A stretch of DNA of 64,000 nucleotides from an uncultured delta proteobacterium (GCA_963848295.1 CAWKDB010000011.1:384001-448000); one strand, 5' to 3'; positions 32,259 to 43,323 are shown, counted from the stretch's first letter. Translations and numbers: made by a program. Notes: generated by a model not told the origin, from the letters alone.

Positions 32259-35200
32259 TCGAGGAAGTCGTCGGTTCTCGGCTTCGACTTCGGGGCGAGG
32301 CGGAGGAACATCACCGGCACGAGGAACAGCGAGAGCAGCGTCGACGACGTCAGACCGCCGACGACGGCGAGCGCGAGCGGGCGATTGGCCTCGGCGCCGC
32401 GGTCGAGCCCGATCGCAGTCGGGATCAAGCCGATCACGGTCGCGAGCGTCGTCATCGCGATCGGCACGAACCGCGTCCGCGCGGCGTCGAGGATCGCGGA
32501 CAGCTTGTCGGCGCCTTCATCGAGCCGGATCCGCGCGTGATCGATCAACAGAATCCCGTTCGACACCGCGATGCCGACCACCATCAGCACGCCCATCAGC
32601 GCGGTGATCGAGAACCCCAGACCTCCGGCGAGTAAAGCGAGCACGATGCCGATGAGGGTGCACGGGATCGTGAAGAGCATGATCAACGGCATCCGCACGC
32701 TCTTGAACTGCGACGCCATGATCATGAACACGACCATGATCGCGAGCCCGATCCCGAGGCCGAGGCCGGCGAACGTCGTCCGCATCAGGTCGACCTGGCC
32801 GACGAAGTCGACCTTGATGCCGGCGGTGCGCGGATCGTGCGCGAGCCTGTCCTCGAGATCGGCCGCCGTGGTGCCGAGATCACGCCCTTCGGTCTGCATC
32901 AACACGTGAGCTGCACGTCGCAGCTGGTTGCGCTCGATCGCGATCGGCCCGGTGGCGCGCCGGATGTTTCCGTAGGCGCCGAGCGTGACCGGGTCGCGAC
33001 GCCCGTCGAACCGCAGCGGGATCGTGCGCAGGGCGGCGGTGTCGTCGATCCGCTTGCTGTCGTACTCGGTGACGAGGTAGTAGGCGTTGCCGTTGCCACC
33101 ATCGACCCAGACCGCCGGCAGGTTGATGTTGCCAACCGTCGCGTCGAGCGTGGCCTGCGCGGCGGCGCGCGCGCTGACCCCGACGGTGCCCGCCTCCTCG
33201 CGATCGGTGTCCACGTGGACTTCGGGGTAGTCACTCTCGAACGTCTGCCACACGTCGCGCACGCCGGGGACCGTGCGCGCGACCTCGGCGACTGCACGGC
33301 TCTCGGCCTCGAGCTCCTCGAGGCTATCGGCGCGAACCTCGACCGCGAGTGGCGCGTTGTAGCCATTCGAGAACACGCTCGCGACGAGGCCGCCCGGCCA
33401 CTGCAGAAATTCGACGCCGGGATATTCGCGCGTCAGGATCGCGCGCGCCTTGTCAGAGAGCTCGTGCTGCGACTGCGCGCGCTCGTCGGGATCGACGAGC
33501 CCGAGCCGGATGAAGCCCATGTGCGGGCCCCAGTTCGGGCTGTTCATCGCGCTACGCGCCGCCTTCGGCGAGCCGACGTTCGTCAGGACGAGGTCGATGC
33601 CTGGCAGCTCCTTGCGCAAGTGCTCGGCCATCTCCTGCATCATGCGCGACGACTCCTGGATCGACGTACCCGGCGCGAGCCGCACGTAGATCCGCTCCAT
33701 CGACTCGTCGATCTCGGGGAAGAACGTGCTCGGCAGTCGTCCCGCGACCCAGCCGCTCGCGCCGACGAGGATGACCGAGCCGAGGATGACGACCCAGCCG
33801 AAGTCGAGTACCCGCGCGAGCGTACGGGTGTAGCCCTCGGCGAGCCACGCGATGCCGCGCTCGATCCGGCGCGCGATGCGGCCGGGCTCGGCATGACCGA
33901 GCAAGTAGCGACACGCGACCGGCGTCACCGCGATGCTGACGAAGTACGACGCGGCCATCGCGACCGCGACCGTGATCGCGAGCGGCACGAACAGCCTCTT
34001 CGCGAGGCCGGCGAACAGCAGGACCGGCAACAGCACGGCCATCGTCGTCAGCGTCGATGCGAGCACCGGCAACATGACCGCGCGCGTACCCTCGAGCGCG
34101 GCCTTCGCCGCGGACAGACCGCGCTTGCGGTGGCGGTGGATCGATTCGAGCACGACGACGGCGTCGTCGACGAGTCGGCCCATGACGAGCGTGAGCCCGC
34201 CCAGGGTGAACGCGTTGAGCGTCTGGCCGGTCGCGTTCAGCACGATCAGCGTGATCGCGAACGACAGCGGAATCGCGAACGACACGACGATCGTTCCGCG
34301 GATCGATTGCAGGAACAACAGGATCACGATCGCGACCAGAATCAGCGCCTGGATGATCTCCTTCTTGAGCCCGGCGTAAGAGCTGCGCACGAACGTCGAC
34401 TGATCGAAGATCGGCTTGACGACCATGCCCTGCGGCAGGTTCTGAAGACCGGCGATCGTGTCTTTTACGGCGTCGACGATCTGGATCGTATTGCCGCCCG
34501 GAATGCGCAGCACGTTGAGGTAGACGCCGTCGACGCCGTTGATCGAGACCGCCTGGGTCTGCGGCGACGCGCCATCCTCGACGCGCGCGACGTCGGACAC
34601 CCGCACTGGCTTGCCGTTCGGCCGCTTGATGATCGCGTCGCCGATGTCGGAGATCCGCTCGGCGATCGCGTTGGTATAGAGGTTCGCGTCGAACATCCGC
34701 GTGATCAGCTCGCCCGACGGCAACAGCGGATTTGCATTCGCGACCGTCGCGGCGACATCGGACGACGTGATGCCGCGGGCCTCGGCCTTGACCGGATCTA
34801 CGACGACGTTGATCCGGCGCTGGCGACCGCCGTTGACCGACGCGCTCGCGACGCCCGAGATGCCCTCGAGCTTCGGCTCGATGTTGTTGAGCGCGTAGTC
34901 GTAGAGCTGGGCGCCGGTCATTCCGCCGCCATAGACCGCGACCTGGACGACCGGAGCGTTCGACGGATCGTACTGCAGCACGAACGGCGGCAGCACGCCG
35001 AGGGACTTCGGCACGGCCGCCATCGAGAACGCGACTTGCTGCTGGACCAGCGACTGCGCCGCGTCGAGGTTCGTGCCCCACTTGAGCCACACGAACACGA
35101 CCGAGAGGTTGTTGCGCGAGACGCTCTCGACATGGTCGACGCCCGGCGTCGCGCTGACGTACTTCTCGATGCGCCACGTCAGCGTCTTCTCGACGTCCTT

Positions 35201-35362
35201 CGGCCCGAGGCCCGGCGCGAGCGTGCCGATCACGAGCACGGGAGGCGTCAGCTCGGGGAACGTGTCGACGCTCATCCTCGGCGTCACGACCGCTGCGAAT
35301 ACCACGATGCCGATGCACGCCATCGCGACGGCGATGGGGTTGCGGAGGGACAGCTCGGTCAT
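32255..35362 (-). CDS. RND efflux permease
   Basis: GRLVDDAVVVLES, IAVSNGILL and RFVPIAMTT. Confidence 0.93.
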   Translation of the reverse strand: MTELSLRNPIAVAMACIGIVVFAAVVTPRMSVDTFPELTPPVLVIGTLAPGLGPKDVEKTLTWRIEKYVSATPGVDHVESVSRNNLSVVFVWLKWGTNLDAAQSLVQQQVAFSMAAVPKSLGVLPPFVLQYDPSNAPVVQVAVYGGGMTGAQLYDYALNNIEPKLEGISGVASASVNGGRQRRINVVVDPVKAEARGITSSDVAATVANANPLLPSGELITRMFDANLYTNAIAERISDIGDAIIKRPNGKPVRVSDVARVEDGASPQTQAVSINGVDGVYLNVLRIPGGNTIQIVDAVKDTIAGLQNLPQGMVVKPIFDQSTFVRSSYAGLKKEIIQALILVAIVILLFLQSIRGTIVVSFAIPLSFAITLIVLNATGQTLNAFTLGGLTLVMGRLVDDAVVVLESIHRHRKRGLSAAKAALEGTRAVMLPVLASTLTTMAVLLPVLLFAGLAKRLFVPLAITVAVAMAASYFVSIAVTPVACRYLLGHAEPGRIARRIERGIAWLAEGYTRTLARVLDFGWVVILGSVILVGASGWVAGRLPSTFFPEIDESMERIYVRLAPGTSIQESSRMMQEMAEHLRKELPGIDLVLTNVGSPKAARSAMNSPNWGPHMGFIRLGLVDPDERAQSQHELSDKARAILTREYPGVEFLQWPGGLVASVFSNGYNAPLAVEVRADSLEELEAESRAVAEVARTVPGVRDVWQTFESDYPEVHVDTDREEAGTVGVSARAAAQATLDATVGNINLPAVWVDGGNGNAYYLVTEYDSKRIDDTAALRTIPLRFDGRRDPVTLGAYGNIRRATGPIAIERNQLRRAAHVLMQTEGRDLGTTAADLEDRLAHDPRTAGIKVDFVGQVDLMRTTFAGLGLGIGLAIMVVFMIMASQFKSVRMPLIMLFTIPCTLIGIVLALLAGGLGFSITALMGVLMVVGIAVSNGILLIDHARIRLDEGADKLSAILDAARTRFVPIAMTTLATVIGLIPTAIGLDRGAEANRPLALAVVGGLTSSTLLSLFLVPVMFLRLAPKSKPRTDDFLD

Positions 35363-36531
35363 GGCTCGGTCTTGCCCTGCGACGGCGTCCACGGCACGGT
35401 CTTGCCGTCGACGCGATCGTTGTCGTTGAGCAGTCCGCGCCCCTCGGTGACCACCAGGCTCCCGGGAGGGAGCGTCGGGTCGACGTAGTACGTGCCCTTG
35501 CGCTCCCCGATCAGCTTCGCGCGCGTCGCGTGGGCGGCTCCGTTCGCGACGACGAACACGGTGGTCTTCGAGCCGTGCACCGCGGCGGAGATCAACGGGA
35601 TCGCGGTCGCCGGGACCGGCGCGCCGACATCGAGCGACAGCTCCGCGGTGGTCCACACCGGGACCGTGCGAGCCGGATCGTCGAGGTCGAGCTCGATGTG
35701 CACCGTGCGCGTATCCGGGTCGGCCGCCGGCGAGCGGCGCGAGATCTTCGCGGTGAGGTCGCGGTTAGTCGCCAGCAGATGGACGCGAACCTCGTTCCCC
35801 GGGGCGACGTTATCGAAGTCATCCTCGGGCACGTCGGCCGTGATCCGCACCATGCGGCGATCGATCACGGTCGCGATCCAGGAGCCGGGCCGCACGAACG
35901 CGCCGGGATCGCTGTGGCGCTCGGCGATCTCGCCATCGAACGGCGAGCGGAGGACGCAGTCGTCGACCTGCAATGTCGAGTTGATCATCTGCGCCTGCAG
36001 GGCGGCGAGCTGCGCGTCCTTGCTCGCGACGTCGGCGTTCTTGAGATCGACCTCGTTCTCCGACACGTAGTTGCCATCGAGCAGGCTCGAGATCCTCGTC
36101 GCTTCCTTGGAGGCAGCCCCCCGCATCGCATCGAGCGCGCGCGCCTGGGCGGCGACCGCCCTGCTGGTCGCCGACGAGCTACGGCAGTCGAGCGTCGCGA
36201 TGACCTCGCCGCGCTTGACCTGTGCGCCCGGGCGCACGAGCACGGTGTCGACGTACGCCGACACCATCTGCGGCCCGATCTTCGCTTGCACCCACGGCTC
36301 GACGGTGCCGACGTATCGCCGGCGCGGCTGGAACGGCTGAGCGATCGCCGCGACCATCGTGACTCCCTTGGGCGCCTGGGCGAGCGAGACCTTGTTCCTG
36401 CCGGCGGCAGCTCGCATGTACAACAGCGCGCCCACCCCGAGCACGCCGAGCACGCCGAGCATGATCATCGTCGGCATGGCGAAGCGGCCGCGAGGAGCGA
36501 CCGGCGAGATCGGATCGATGGGTTCGGTCAT
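35359..36531 (-). CDS. RND membrane-fusion protein
   Basis: N-terminal TM, LRSPFDG and DPDTRTV; ATGA coupling on both sides. Confidence 0.92.
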   Translation of the reverse strand: MTEPIDPISPVAPRGRFAMPTMIMLGVLGVLGVGALLYMRAAAGRNKVSLAQAPKGVTMVAAIAQPFQPRRRYVGTVEPWVQAKIGPQMVSAYVDTVLVRPGAQVKRGEVIATLDCRSSSATSRAVAAQARALDAMRGAASKEATRISSLLDGNYVSENEVDLKNADVASKDAQLAALQAQMINSTLQVDDCVLRSPFDGEIAERHSDPGAFVRPGSWIATVIDRRMVRITADVPEDDFDNVAPGNEVRVHLLATNRDLTAKISRRSPAADPDTRTVHIELDLDDPARTVPVWTTAELSLDVGAPVPATAIPLISAAVHGSKTTVFVVANGAAHATRAKLIGERKGTYYVDPTLPPGSLVVTEGRGLLNDNDRVDGKTVPWTPSQGKTEP

Positions 36532-37898
36532 GGTGCGGCCTCCGCGAGTACGCGCGCGAGCAGCGCCCGCGCGCTAGACAGCTGGAACTGACCGATCGCG
36601 AGCTGGATCTGCGCGTCGGTGAGCAGCGCCTCGGCGTCCGAGACCTCGATCGCCGTGCCGAGACCTCCGTTGAAGCGCGCTTCGGCCTGGGCGTGGTTCG
36701 CCTGCGCCGCATCGAGCGAGCGTCGCAGGGCTGGCAGGGCCGCGCGCGCGACGTCGAGCCCGACCGTGCTGCGCTCTGCGAGCGTGCGAAGCTGTTCGCG
36801 GACCTCGTCGATCTCCGCGGAGCGCACCGATTCGACCCGCTGCGAGGCCTTCGCGCGCGCGCTGACCGTCCGGTCATAGAGCGGCCAGCTGACGACGACG
36901 AGCGCGTCCCAGTTCGGCACGTCGGGGATCAGGCCGCCGCCCGTCGGCGTCGGATTCGTCGTCACCGCCGCGCCGCCGGCGCGACCGGTCAGCTCGGCAG
37001 AAAAGCTGACGTCCGGCTTCAGCTCGTCGCGGATCGCTCGCGTGAACCCCTGCTGCGCGGCGAGCAGATCGCGCGCGGCGCCCAGCTCCGGCGCATCGCG
37101 GATCGCCGCCGCGGTGGCCGGAGGCACGCCAAACGCGACGTCGTCGGTACCGGCGTCGACAGCCGCCGCGCTCGAACCGACCGCCGCGGCGAGCACGGCT
37201 TGTGCGGTCGCGAGCGCGCCGGTCGCACGCACGCGATCGACATCGAAGCGCGCGACATCGGCTTCGGCGCGCGTGAGCTCGATCTGCGGCCACAGCTGCG
37301 CACCGACCTTGGCCTGCGCGAGATCGCGATGTGCGCCCGCTCGCGTCACCGCGGCCTGCGAAGCGGCGAGCACTTGCTTCGCTCCGAGCACGGCATAGAA
37401 GCTGCGCTCGACGAGCAAGTCGAGATCGAGCTGCGCGACCCTCGCGTCCTGCTCGGCCGATCGGGCGAAAGCATCGAGCGCATCGGCCTGGGCCTCCAGG
37501 CGGCCGAAATCGTAGAGTTGTTTCTCCACCACCACCCCCGCGAGCGTCGAGGGCTCCGGCTTCCACGTCACGGAGGCGTTGGCCGGGGTCCCGCCGACGC
37601 GCGCGACGTCGAGGGCCCCGAGCGTGCCGTACGAGGCCGTCGTGTTATTGGCCGTGCCGATCAGCGCTTCCGCAGCCGCGGTCACGCGCGGAGAGAATCC
37701 CGCCCGCGGCACTTCGGTCGCAGCGCGTGCGACCTCGACCCGCGCGCGCGCGGCCGCGATCGAAGGCTGATGAATGCGCGCGTAGTCGAGGGCCTGGCGC
37801 AGCGACATCGCAGCGACCGCGGGCTGAGCGTCGGAAGATCTCGGAGCCAGGACGATCGCCGCAACAGCCATAGCGACACGCACGCAACGCTCGTACAT
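36528..37898 (-). CDS. TolC-family outer-membrane efflux protein
   Basis: MSLRQALDYA..HQP, QLYDFGR, WPLYD and ARFNGGLGTAIEVSDA. Confidence 0.88.
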   Translation of the reverse strand: MYERCVRVAMAVAAIVLAPRSSDAQPAVAAMSLRQALDYARIHQPSIAAARARVEVARAATEVPRAGFSPRVTAAAEALIGTANNTTASYGTLGALDVARVGGTPANASVTWKPEPSTLAGVVVEKQLYDFGRLEAQADALDAFARSAEQDARVAQLDLDLLVERSFYAVLGAKQVLAASQAAVTRAGAHRDLAQAKVGAQLWPQIELTRAEADVARFDVDRVRATGALATAQAVLAAAVGSSAAAVDAGTDDVAFGVPPATAAAIRDAPELGAARDLLAAQQGFTRAIRDELKPDVSFSAELTGRAGGAAVTTNPTPTGGGLIPDVPNWDALVVVSWPLYDRTVSARAKASQRVESVRSAEIDEVREQLRTLAERSTVGLDVARAALPALRRSLDAAQANHAQAEARFNGGLGTAIEVSDAEALLTDAQIQLAIGQFQLSSARALLARVLAEAAP

Positions 37899-37918
37899 AG
37901 GAGGACCGTAGTTGCAAC

Positions 37919-37934
37919 AGCATCCCTCGTGCCA
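37919..37934 (-). promoter_or_regulatory. sigma54 -24/-12 promoter for efflux operon 2
   Basis: Minus strand TGGCACGAGGGATGCT = GG-N10-GC. Confidence 0.75.
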
Positions 37935-37987
37935 TCCCCTCGTGCTACTCCAAGTCCAGAATTCAACATGGCGCCCGAGAATCGGAA

Positions 37988-38023
37988 CCGGGATAAATTC
38001 CGGATCGACGCGGAGATTCTCCG
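37988..38023. promoter_or_regulatory. Paired palindromes, candidate enhancer sites
   Basis: CCGGGATAAATTCCGG and CGGAGATTCTCCG, ~80-115 bp upstream of the predicted start site. Confidence 0.4.
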
Positions 38024-38059
38024 GAAGGGGACGGTGCGTCTCTACGTGTCTTCGTGGAG

Positions 38060-39415
38060 ATGAATCCTGGCGCGGATGTTGCCTCGCCACGCCGGGGAGG
38101 TCCACGTGGTGCGTTCGGCTGGTTCGTGATCAAGACGCGGTGGCTCGTTGCGTTCACCGTGGCGGCGGTCGCTGCGATCGGCGCACTGGTCTACGTGGAC
38201 GAGACGTACCGCTCCGAGGCCGGCCTCGACGATCTCGGCGAGCAGCAGGCCGCGGTCGCTCAAGCGGCGAGCCTCGCACTGGCGGCGGATGGCGATCGAG
38301 CGCCGAGCTCGCTCGCGGCACTCGCGCATCCGGGTACCGCCGTCGTGATGATCGGGCAAGTGGGTGGCGAGCTGCATACGCTCGACGGTCAGCGGATCAC
38401 CGCCCCCGAGCTCGTGGCGGCGATCGATCACGGCGCTCGCACGGTGCGGATCGCGCCGGCCGATGCTCCCGCGCTCGGCCTGCCCGAGCGCACCGCCATG
38501 GTCGGCATCGCGCGCACGCCGGACGGTCGGATCGTCGCCGTCGCGAGCAGCGCCGAGCATCAGCGCGATCGCGACCGCCAGGGCCGCATGCGCGTCTTGT
38601 CGTCGATGGTCCTCGCCGCGTCGGTGATGTCGGTGTTCGCGGCCGTCGTCTGGAAGAAGCAGCAATCCGAGGCTGCGCTATCGCGCGAGCTCGCGGTCGC
38701 CGAGACCGCGCGCAGCCGCGACGTCGAGCTCGATCGGCTGAATCGCGCCGCGACGATGGCCGCGCTCGGCTCGGGCGTCGCCCACGAGCTGTCGACGCCG
38801 CTCGGCGTGATCGTCGGGCGCGCCGAGCAACTGATCGCGCGGCTCGGCGATGACGCACGATCCGTCAAGAACGCGCAGGCGATCCTCGACCAGGCCGATC
38901 ACATCAATCGCGTCGTGCGCGGGCTGCTCGGCCTCGCGCGCGGCGCGCCGATCGCGCTACAAGCGGTCGAGGCGAGCGCGCTGGTCCGCGACGCTGCTGC
39001 GCTCGTCGAGCATCGATTCCAGCGGGCGAACGTCAAGCTGTTGCCGGCGGTCGGCGGGACGCTGCCGGCGGTTCGCTGCGAGCCGCTGCTGTTCAAGCAC
39101 GCGCTCGTGAACCTCCTGCTCAACGCGTGCGACGCGTCGCCGCCGAAGAGCACCGTGCGGCTCGACGTCCATGCCGATACGTCCGAGATCGCGTTCGTCG
39201 TCACCGACGAGGGCGAAGGCATCACCGAGTCCGACGCGGCGCGCGCGATCGAGCCGTTCTTCACGACGAAGCCGGCCGGTCAAGGCACCGGGCTCGGCCT
39301 CGCGATCGCGAACGAGATCGCGAAGACCCATCGCGGCTCGCTCGACATCGCACCGCGCCCGCCGCGAGGCACGCGCGCCTGCATCCGGATTCCGATCGAA
39401 GGGGGCGCCACATGA
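38060..39415 (+). CDS. Sensor histidine kinase with periplasmic domain
   Basis: Two TM segments; AHELSTPL, NACDA, DEGEGI, FFTTK and GTGLGL. Confidence 0.92.
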   Translation: MNPGADVASPRRGGPRGAFGWFVIKTRWLVAFTVAAVAAIGALVYVDETYRSEAGLDDLGEQQAAVAQAASLALAADGDRAPSSLAALAHPGTAVVMIGQVGGELHTLDGQRITAPELVAAIDHGARTVRIAPADAPALGLPERTAMVGIARTPDGRIVAVASSAEHQRDRDRQGRMRVLSSMVLAASVMSVFAAVVWKKQQSEAALSRELAVAETARSRDVELDRLNRAATMAALGSGVAHELSTPLGVIVGRAEQLIARLGDDARSVKNAQAILDQADHINRVVRGLLGLARGAPIALQAVEASALVRDAAALVEHRFQRANVKLLPAVGGTLPAVRCEPLLFKHALVNLLLNACDASPPKSTVRLDVHADTSEIAFVVTDEGEGITESDAARAIEPFFTTKPAGQGTGLGLAIANEIAKTHRGSLDIAPRPPRGTRACIRIPIEGGAT

Positions 39416-40767
39416 CCGACCTCAAGCCTCGCGTGATCGTCGTCGACGACAAGGTGGCGATGGCCGAGACGCTCGCCGACGGACTCGGCGATCACGACTA
39501 CGAGGCGACCGCGCTCGGCTCCGGCCGCGCCGCGATCGAAGCGGTGCGAGCGGGCAGCGTCGACCTCGTGGTCACCGATCTGCGCATGCCCGATGTCGAC
39601 GGCCTCGCGCTGCTCGACGCGATTCGCGGCTCGAACCTCGATGTGCCGGTGATCGTCATGACCGCGTACGGCGCGATCGATTCGGCCGTCGAGTCGATCC
39701 GCCGCGGCGCGTATCACTACCTCACCAAACCGTTCAAGCTCGACGAGCTCGTGATCTTCGTTCGCCGCGCGCTCGAAGAGCGCGCGCTGCGCCGCGAGAC
39801 CGCCGAGCTACGCAGGACCCTCGGCGAGCAGTTCTCGCTGGCAGGCGTCATCGCGCGCAGCGCGGCGATGCAGCGGGTCCTGTCGATCGTCGAGCGCATC
39901 GCGCCGAGCGACGTCCCCGTGTTGATCACGGGTGAGACCGGCACGGGCAAGACCATGATCGCGCGCGCGATCCACGGCGCGAGCAAGCGCGCCGGTAAGC
40001 CCTTCATCGCGATCAACAGCGCCGCCCTGCCCGAGGCGCTACTCGAGAGCGAGTTGTTCGGTCACGTCAAGGGGGCGTTCACCGGCGCGACCGCGGATCA
40101 CGCCGGGCTCTTCGCGTCCGCCGACGGCGGTACGATCCTGCTCGACGAGATCGGCGAGCTGCCGATCGGGCTCCAGGCGAAGCTGCTGCGCGTGCTCGAG
40201 TCCGGCAAGCTGCGGCCCGTCGGCTCGACGCGCGAGCGCTCCGCCGATGTACGCATCCTCGCGGCGACCCATCGCGACCTGCGGAATGCCGTCACACAGG
40301 GCACGTTCCGCGAGGATCTGCTCTACCGGCTCGACGTCGTCTCACTCGAAGTCCCCGCGCTGCGCCACCGCCGCGACGATATGGCGCCGCTGATCGAGCG
40401 CTTCCTCGCCGGCGCCGTGCACCGGCACCCGACCTCTCTGGGCACGCACTTCTCCCGCGACGCCATGCGACGAATGCTCGACCATGCGTGGCCCGGGAAC
40501 GTCCGCGAGCTCGCACACGCGGTCGAACGCGGAGTCCTACTCGCGACCGGCAGCGAGATCACGTTGTCCGAGCTCGAGCTCGTTGCCAGCTCGGCCGACC
40601 CCTCGACCGACTTTGGCGGCGCGATCGTCCCGATGATCGAGATCCAGCGCCGCTACGCGCGCTGGGCACTCGAACAGCTCGGCGGTCACAAGACGCGGAC
40701 CGCCGAGCGCCTCGACGTCGACGCGAAGACGCTCAACCGCTGGCTCGCCACCGACGATTCCGGCTGA
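39412..40767 (+). CDS. sigma54-dependent response regulator (NtrC family)
   Basis: VVDDK, TDLRMP, GETGTGKT, GAFTGA and Fis HTH; ATGA overlap. Confidence 0.95.
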   Translation: MTDLKPRVIVVDDKVAMAETLADGLGDHDYEATALGSGRAAIEAVRAGSVDLVVTDLRMPDVDGLALLDAIRGSNLDVPVIVMTAYGAIDSAVESIRRGAYHYLTKPFKLDELVIFVRRALEERALRRETAELRRTLGEQFSLAGVIARSAAMQRVLSIVERIAPSDVPVLITGETGTGKTMIARAIHGASKRAGKPFIAINSAALPEALLESELFGHVKGAFTGATADHAGLFASADGGTILLDEIGELPIGLQAKLLRVLESGKLRPVGSTRERSADVRILAATHRDLRNAVTQGTFREDLLYRLDVVSLEVPALRHRRDDMAPLIERFLAGAVHRHPTSLGTHFSRDAMRRMLDHAWPGNVRELAHAVERGVLLATGSEITLSELELVASSADPSTDFGGAIVPMIEIQRRYARWALEQLGGHKTRTAERLDVDAKTLNRWLATDDSG

Positions 40768-40921
40768 TCCGCAGCCCCAGCGGCACCGGCGCAATCCGAG
40801 GGCCGCCGCCGCTAGACCGCGCACCGAGCGAAATCTCGATAGCACTCCAGCACCTACCGCCGCCGCGCGCGGCTCGGAACCCGAGGTGCGTGCACGCGTC
40901 GCGCGCCCTATCGTGGGCCGC

Positions 40922-41917
40922 ATGCAAAGCGTGATCATCACCGGCGGCAATACCGGCCTCGGCTTCGCCTGCGCCAAGACCATCGCGCGCGCCGGCGGCT
41001 GGCATCTCATCATCGCGTGTCGCAACCAGGCCAGCGGAGAGGCGGCTGCACAGCGGCTCCGCGCCGCGAGCGGCCCGGACACCACGGTCGAGACGTTGCC
41101 GCTCGACCTCGCGTCGCAGGTGTCGATTCGCTCGTTCGCCATGACGATCGCGACCGGTGGCCGCCCTCCCTTGCGCGCGATCGTCTGTAACGCAGGGATC
41201 CAGGTCGTCAGCGCTACGACGTATACGACGGACGGCGTCGAGACCACGTTCGGCGTGAATCACCTCGGCCACTTCTTGCTCGTGCATTTGCTCGCGTCGC
41301 ACCTCGAGGCGCCGGCGCGGATCGTCGTGGTGTCGAGCGGCACGCACGATGCGGACAAGCGCACCGGGATGCCGGCGCCGGTGTTCACCGACGTCGCGTC
41401 CCTCGCACGTCCGTCTGTGACTGACGAGGACGTCGGCGTCGTTGGCCGCCGCGCGTATTCGACGTCGAAGCTGTGCAACGTGATGTTCACGTACGAGCTC
41501 GCCCGTCGGCTGCACGACCGCGGGGTCACGGTCAACGCGTTCGACCCGGGCTTGATGCCGGGCTCGGGCCTCGCGCGCGACTACTCGTGGTTGCAGCGCT
41601 TCGGTTGGCACTACATCTTGCCGTTGTTGACGCTGGTGATGCGGAACGTCAACACGACGCGCAGGTCCGGCCGCCGGCTCGCCACGCTGGTGCTCGACCC
41701 CGCGATGAACGGCATCACCGGCCGGTACTTCGAGGGCTCGCGCGAGATCGCGTCGTCACGCGAATCGTACGACCCCGCCAAGACGCGCGCGCTGTGGGAC
41801 GGCAGCGTCGCGCTCGCGCACCTCGCGCCGGGCGAATCGATCGGCGAGCCGACCGCGCCCCGACCGATGCCCGCGCCGGTCGCGCGCGACGAGCTACCGT
41901 CCGTCGGGCCGAGCTGA
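40922..41917 (+). CDS. Short-chain dehydrogenase/reductase (retinol/protochlorophyllide reductase-like)
   Basis: TGGNTGLG, CNAG, VNHLGHF and YSTSK. Confidence 0.92.
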   Translation: MQSVIITGGNTGLGFACAKTIARAGGWHLIIACRNQASGEAAAQRLRAASGPDTTVETLPLDLASQVSIRSFAMTIATGGRPPLRAIVCNAGIQVVSATTYTTDGVETTFGVNHLGHFLLVHLLASHLEAPARIVVVSSGTHDADKRTGMPAPVFTDVASLARPSVTDEDVGVVGRRAYSTSKLCNVMFTYELARRLHDRGVTVNAFDPGLMPGSGLARDYSWLQRFGWHYILPLLTLVMRNVNTTRRSGRRLATLVLDPAMNGITGRYFEGSREIASSRESYDPAKTRALWDGSVALAHLAPGESIGEPTAPRPMPAPVARDELPSVGPS

Positions 41918-42520
41918 CCGCGGCGCGCGCGCGTAACCCACGAACAGCGCGGTGAGCTCGTCGACGAGGCGGTCGTCATGGCTGCGCCGCGTGCGCACGG
42001 CCTCCGACAGCACCCCCATGATCGCGTGGACAAGCACGAACGCGGCGAGGTCGACATCGAGCGCCGGGAGCTCCGCAGAGAACCGCGACAGGTGCATGGC
42101 CACCATCGGCTCGAGCTGACGGTGCAGGACCTCGAGCCGCTTGGCGCCATCGACGCGCGGCAGCTCCTCGGCGAGCACCGCGTTGAGCTCGAGCTCGCTC
42201 GCCTTCGCGGCGAGCAGCGCGGCGATCACCCGTCGGATCGCGGGCTCGAACCCCAACGCCGGATCGACCGCCGCCAGCGCCGCGGCCATCATGCGCCGAA
42301 AGAAATCCTCGACGAGCTCGGACAGCAGCGCGTCCTTGCTCGGAAAGTACTCGTACAGGCTACCGATGCTCACGCCGGCGACCGCGGCGACGCGCTCGGT
42401 CGTGAACCCCGCATAGCCGTGCTCGACCAACACCTTGCGCGACGCGACGAGCATCGCATCGACCGTCACCGCCGAGCGGGTCTGGCGCGGCTTGCGTCGC
42501 GGCTTGAGCCGATCAGCCAT
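41894..42520 (-). CDS. TetR-family transcriptional regulator
   Basis: PRQTRS...VAAVAGVSIGSLYEYFPSKDAL. Confidence 0.92.
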   Translation of the reverse strand: MADRLKPRRKPRQTRSAVTVDAMLVASRKVLVEHGYAGFTTERVAAVAGVSIGSLYEYFPSKDALLSELVEDFFRRMMAAALAAVDPALGFEPAIRRVIAALLAAKASELELNAVLAEELPRVDGAKRLEVLHRQLEPMVAMHLSRFSAELPALDVDLAAFVLVHAIMGVLSEAVRTRRSHDDRLVDELTALFVGYARAPRSARPDGR

Positions 42521-42567
42521 CGGGCACGAGTCTGCCTTGGAACCGGCGCGCCGGGAGCCGCGCGCCG

Positions 42568-43323
42568 CTAGAACCTGAGATGACCGACGTACGGATGATA
42601 TCGACCATCCGCATCAACCTCGTCGTTGTACGGCGTGACCTCGTCGTTGCCGGTGAACAGCTGCGCGACCGCGGTGATCGGCGTCTGCGATCGGCTCACC
42701 ACGATCAGCTGCGGGGTGCAGCTCGGTGCCGCGGCAGCGCCGAGCCCACACACCTGGATGAGCTCGCCGTCCCGCGCGAAGTCCCGGAACCCGACATCGC
42801 GCGGCGTGCGGTAGAACAGCACGAGCTCCTCGGCGCCACCCTTGACCGCATCGATGAATGACAGCGTCGGTACCCGAAAGTACATGGGCCGGTCGCGGTG
42901 AAACGGCGTGCACGAGTGGTGTGGCCGGTCACAGGGCGGGAAGTACTCGGTGTCTTCCTTGCCGTCGGTCCCGAGGAAGGTCGCGTACCACTGTCCAGCG
43001 ACGTTCGCGAACAACGCGAAGTGGCTCGTGTCTGCGTACGCTCGGTCGCGGTCGCGGACCGCACCGATCTCGACGCCGCGCCAACCGCGTCCGGATCGCG
43101 CCGTTGCTTCGACGCGATACGTGGCACACGAACCTCGCGCGCCGAGGACTTGTTCGCAAGCGAGCGCGCGCGTGGCGAACGGACCGGCGAGCGCGATCCC
43201 CGGGACGTCCGCTGGCTTCACTTCGAGTGCAGCCGGGGTTGCGCCGACTACCGCCGCATCGACGCCTGCCAGGGACACGAGCCCAGCAGCGACGATTCCA
43301 ATGCGCACGCCTCGCAGTAGCAT
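42568..43323 (-). CDS. Hypothetical secreted protein with paired Cys residues
   Basis: Signal-like N-terminus; six Cys; fills the gap between genes. Confidence 0.6.
   Translation of the reverse strand: MLLRGVRIGIVAAGLVSLAGVDAAVVGATPAALEVKPADVPGIALAGPFATRALACEQVLGARGSCATYRVEATARSGRGWRGVEIGAVRDRDRAYADTSHFALFANVAGQWYATFLGTDGKEDTEYFPPCDRPHHSCTPFHRDRPMYFRVPTLSFIDAVKGGAEELVLFYRTPRDVGFRDFARDGELIQVCGLGAAAAPSCTPQLIVVSRSQTPITAVAQLFTGNDEVTPYNDEVDADGRYHPYVGHLRF

Noticed and set aside
32837..35488. Long antisense and alternate-frame ORFs (this 883-aa example and many others)
   Set aside because: Typical shadows of GC3-biased genes in high-GC DNA; Arg/Ala-rich with no motifs.
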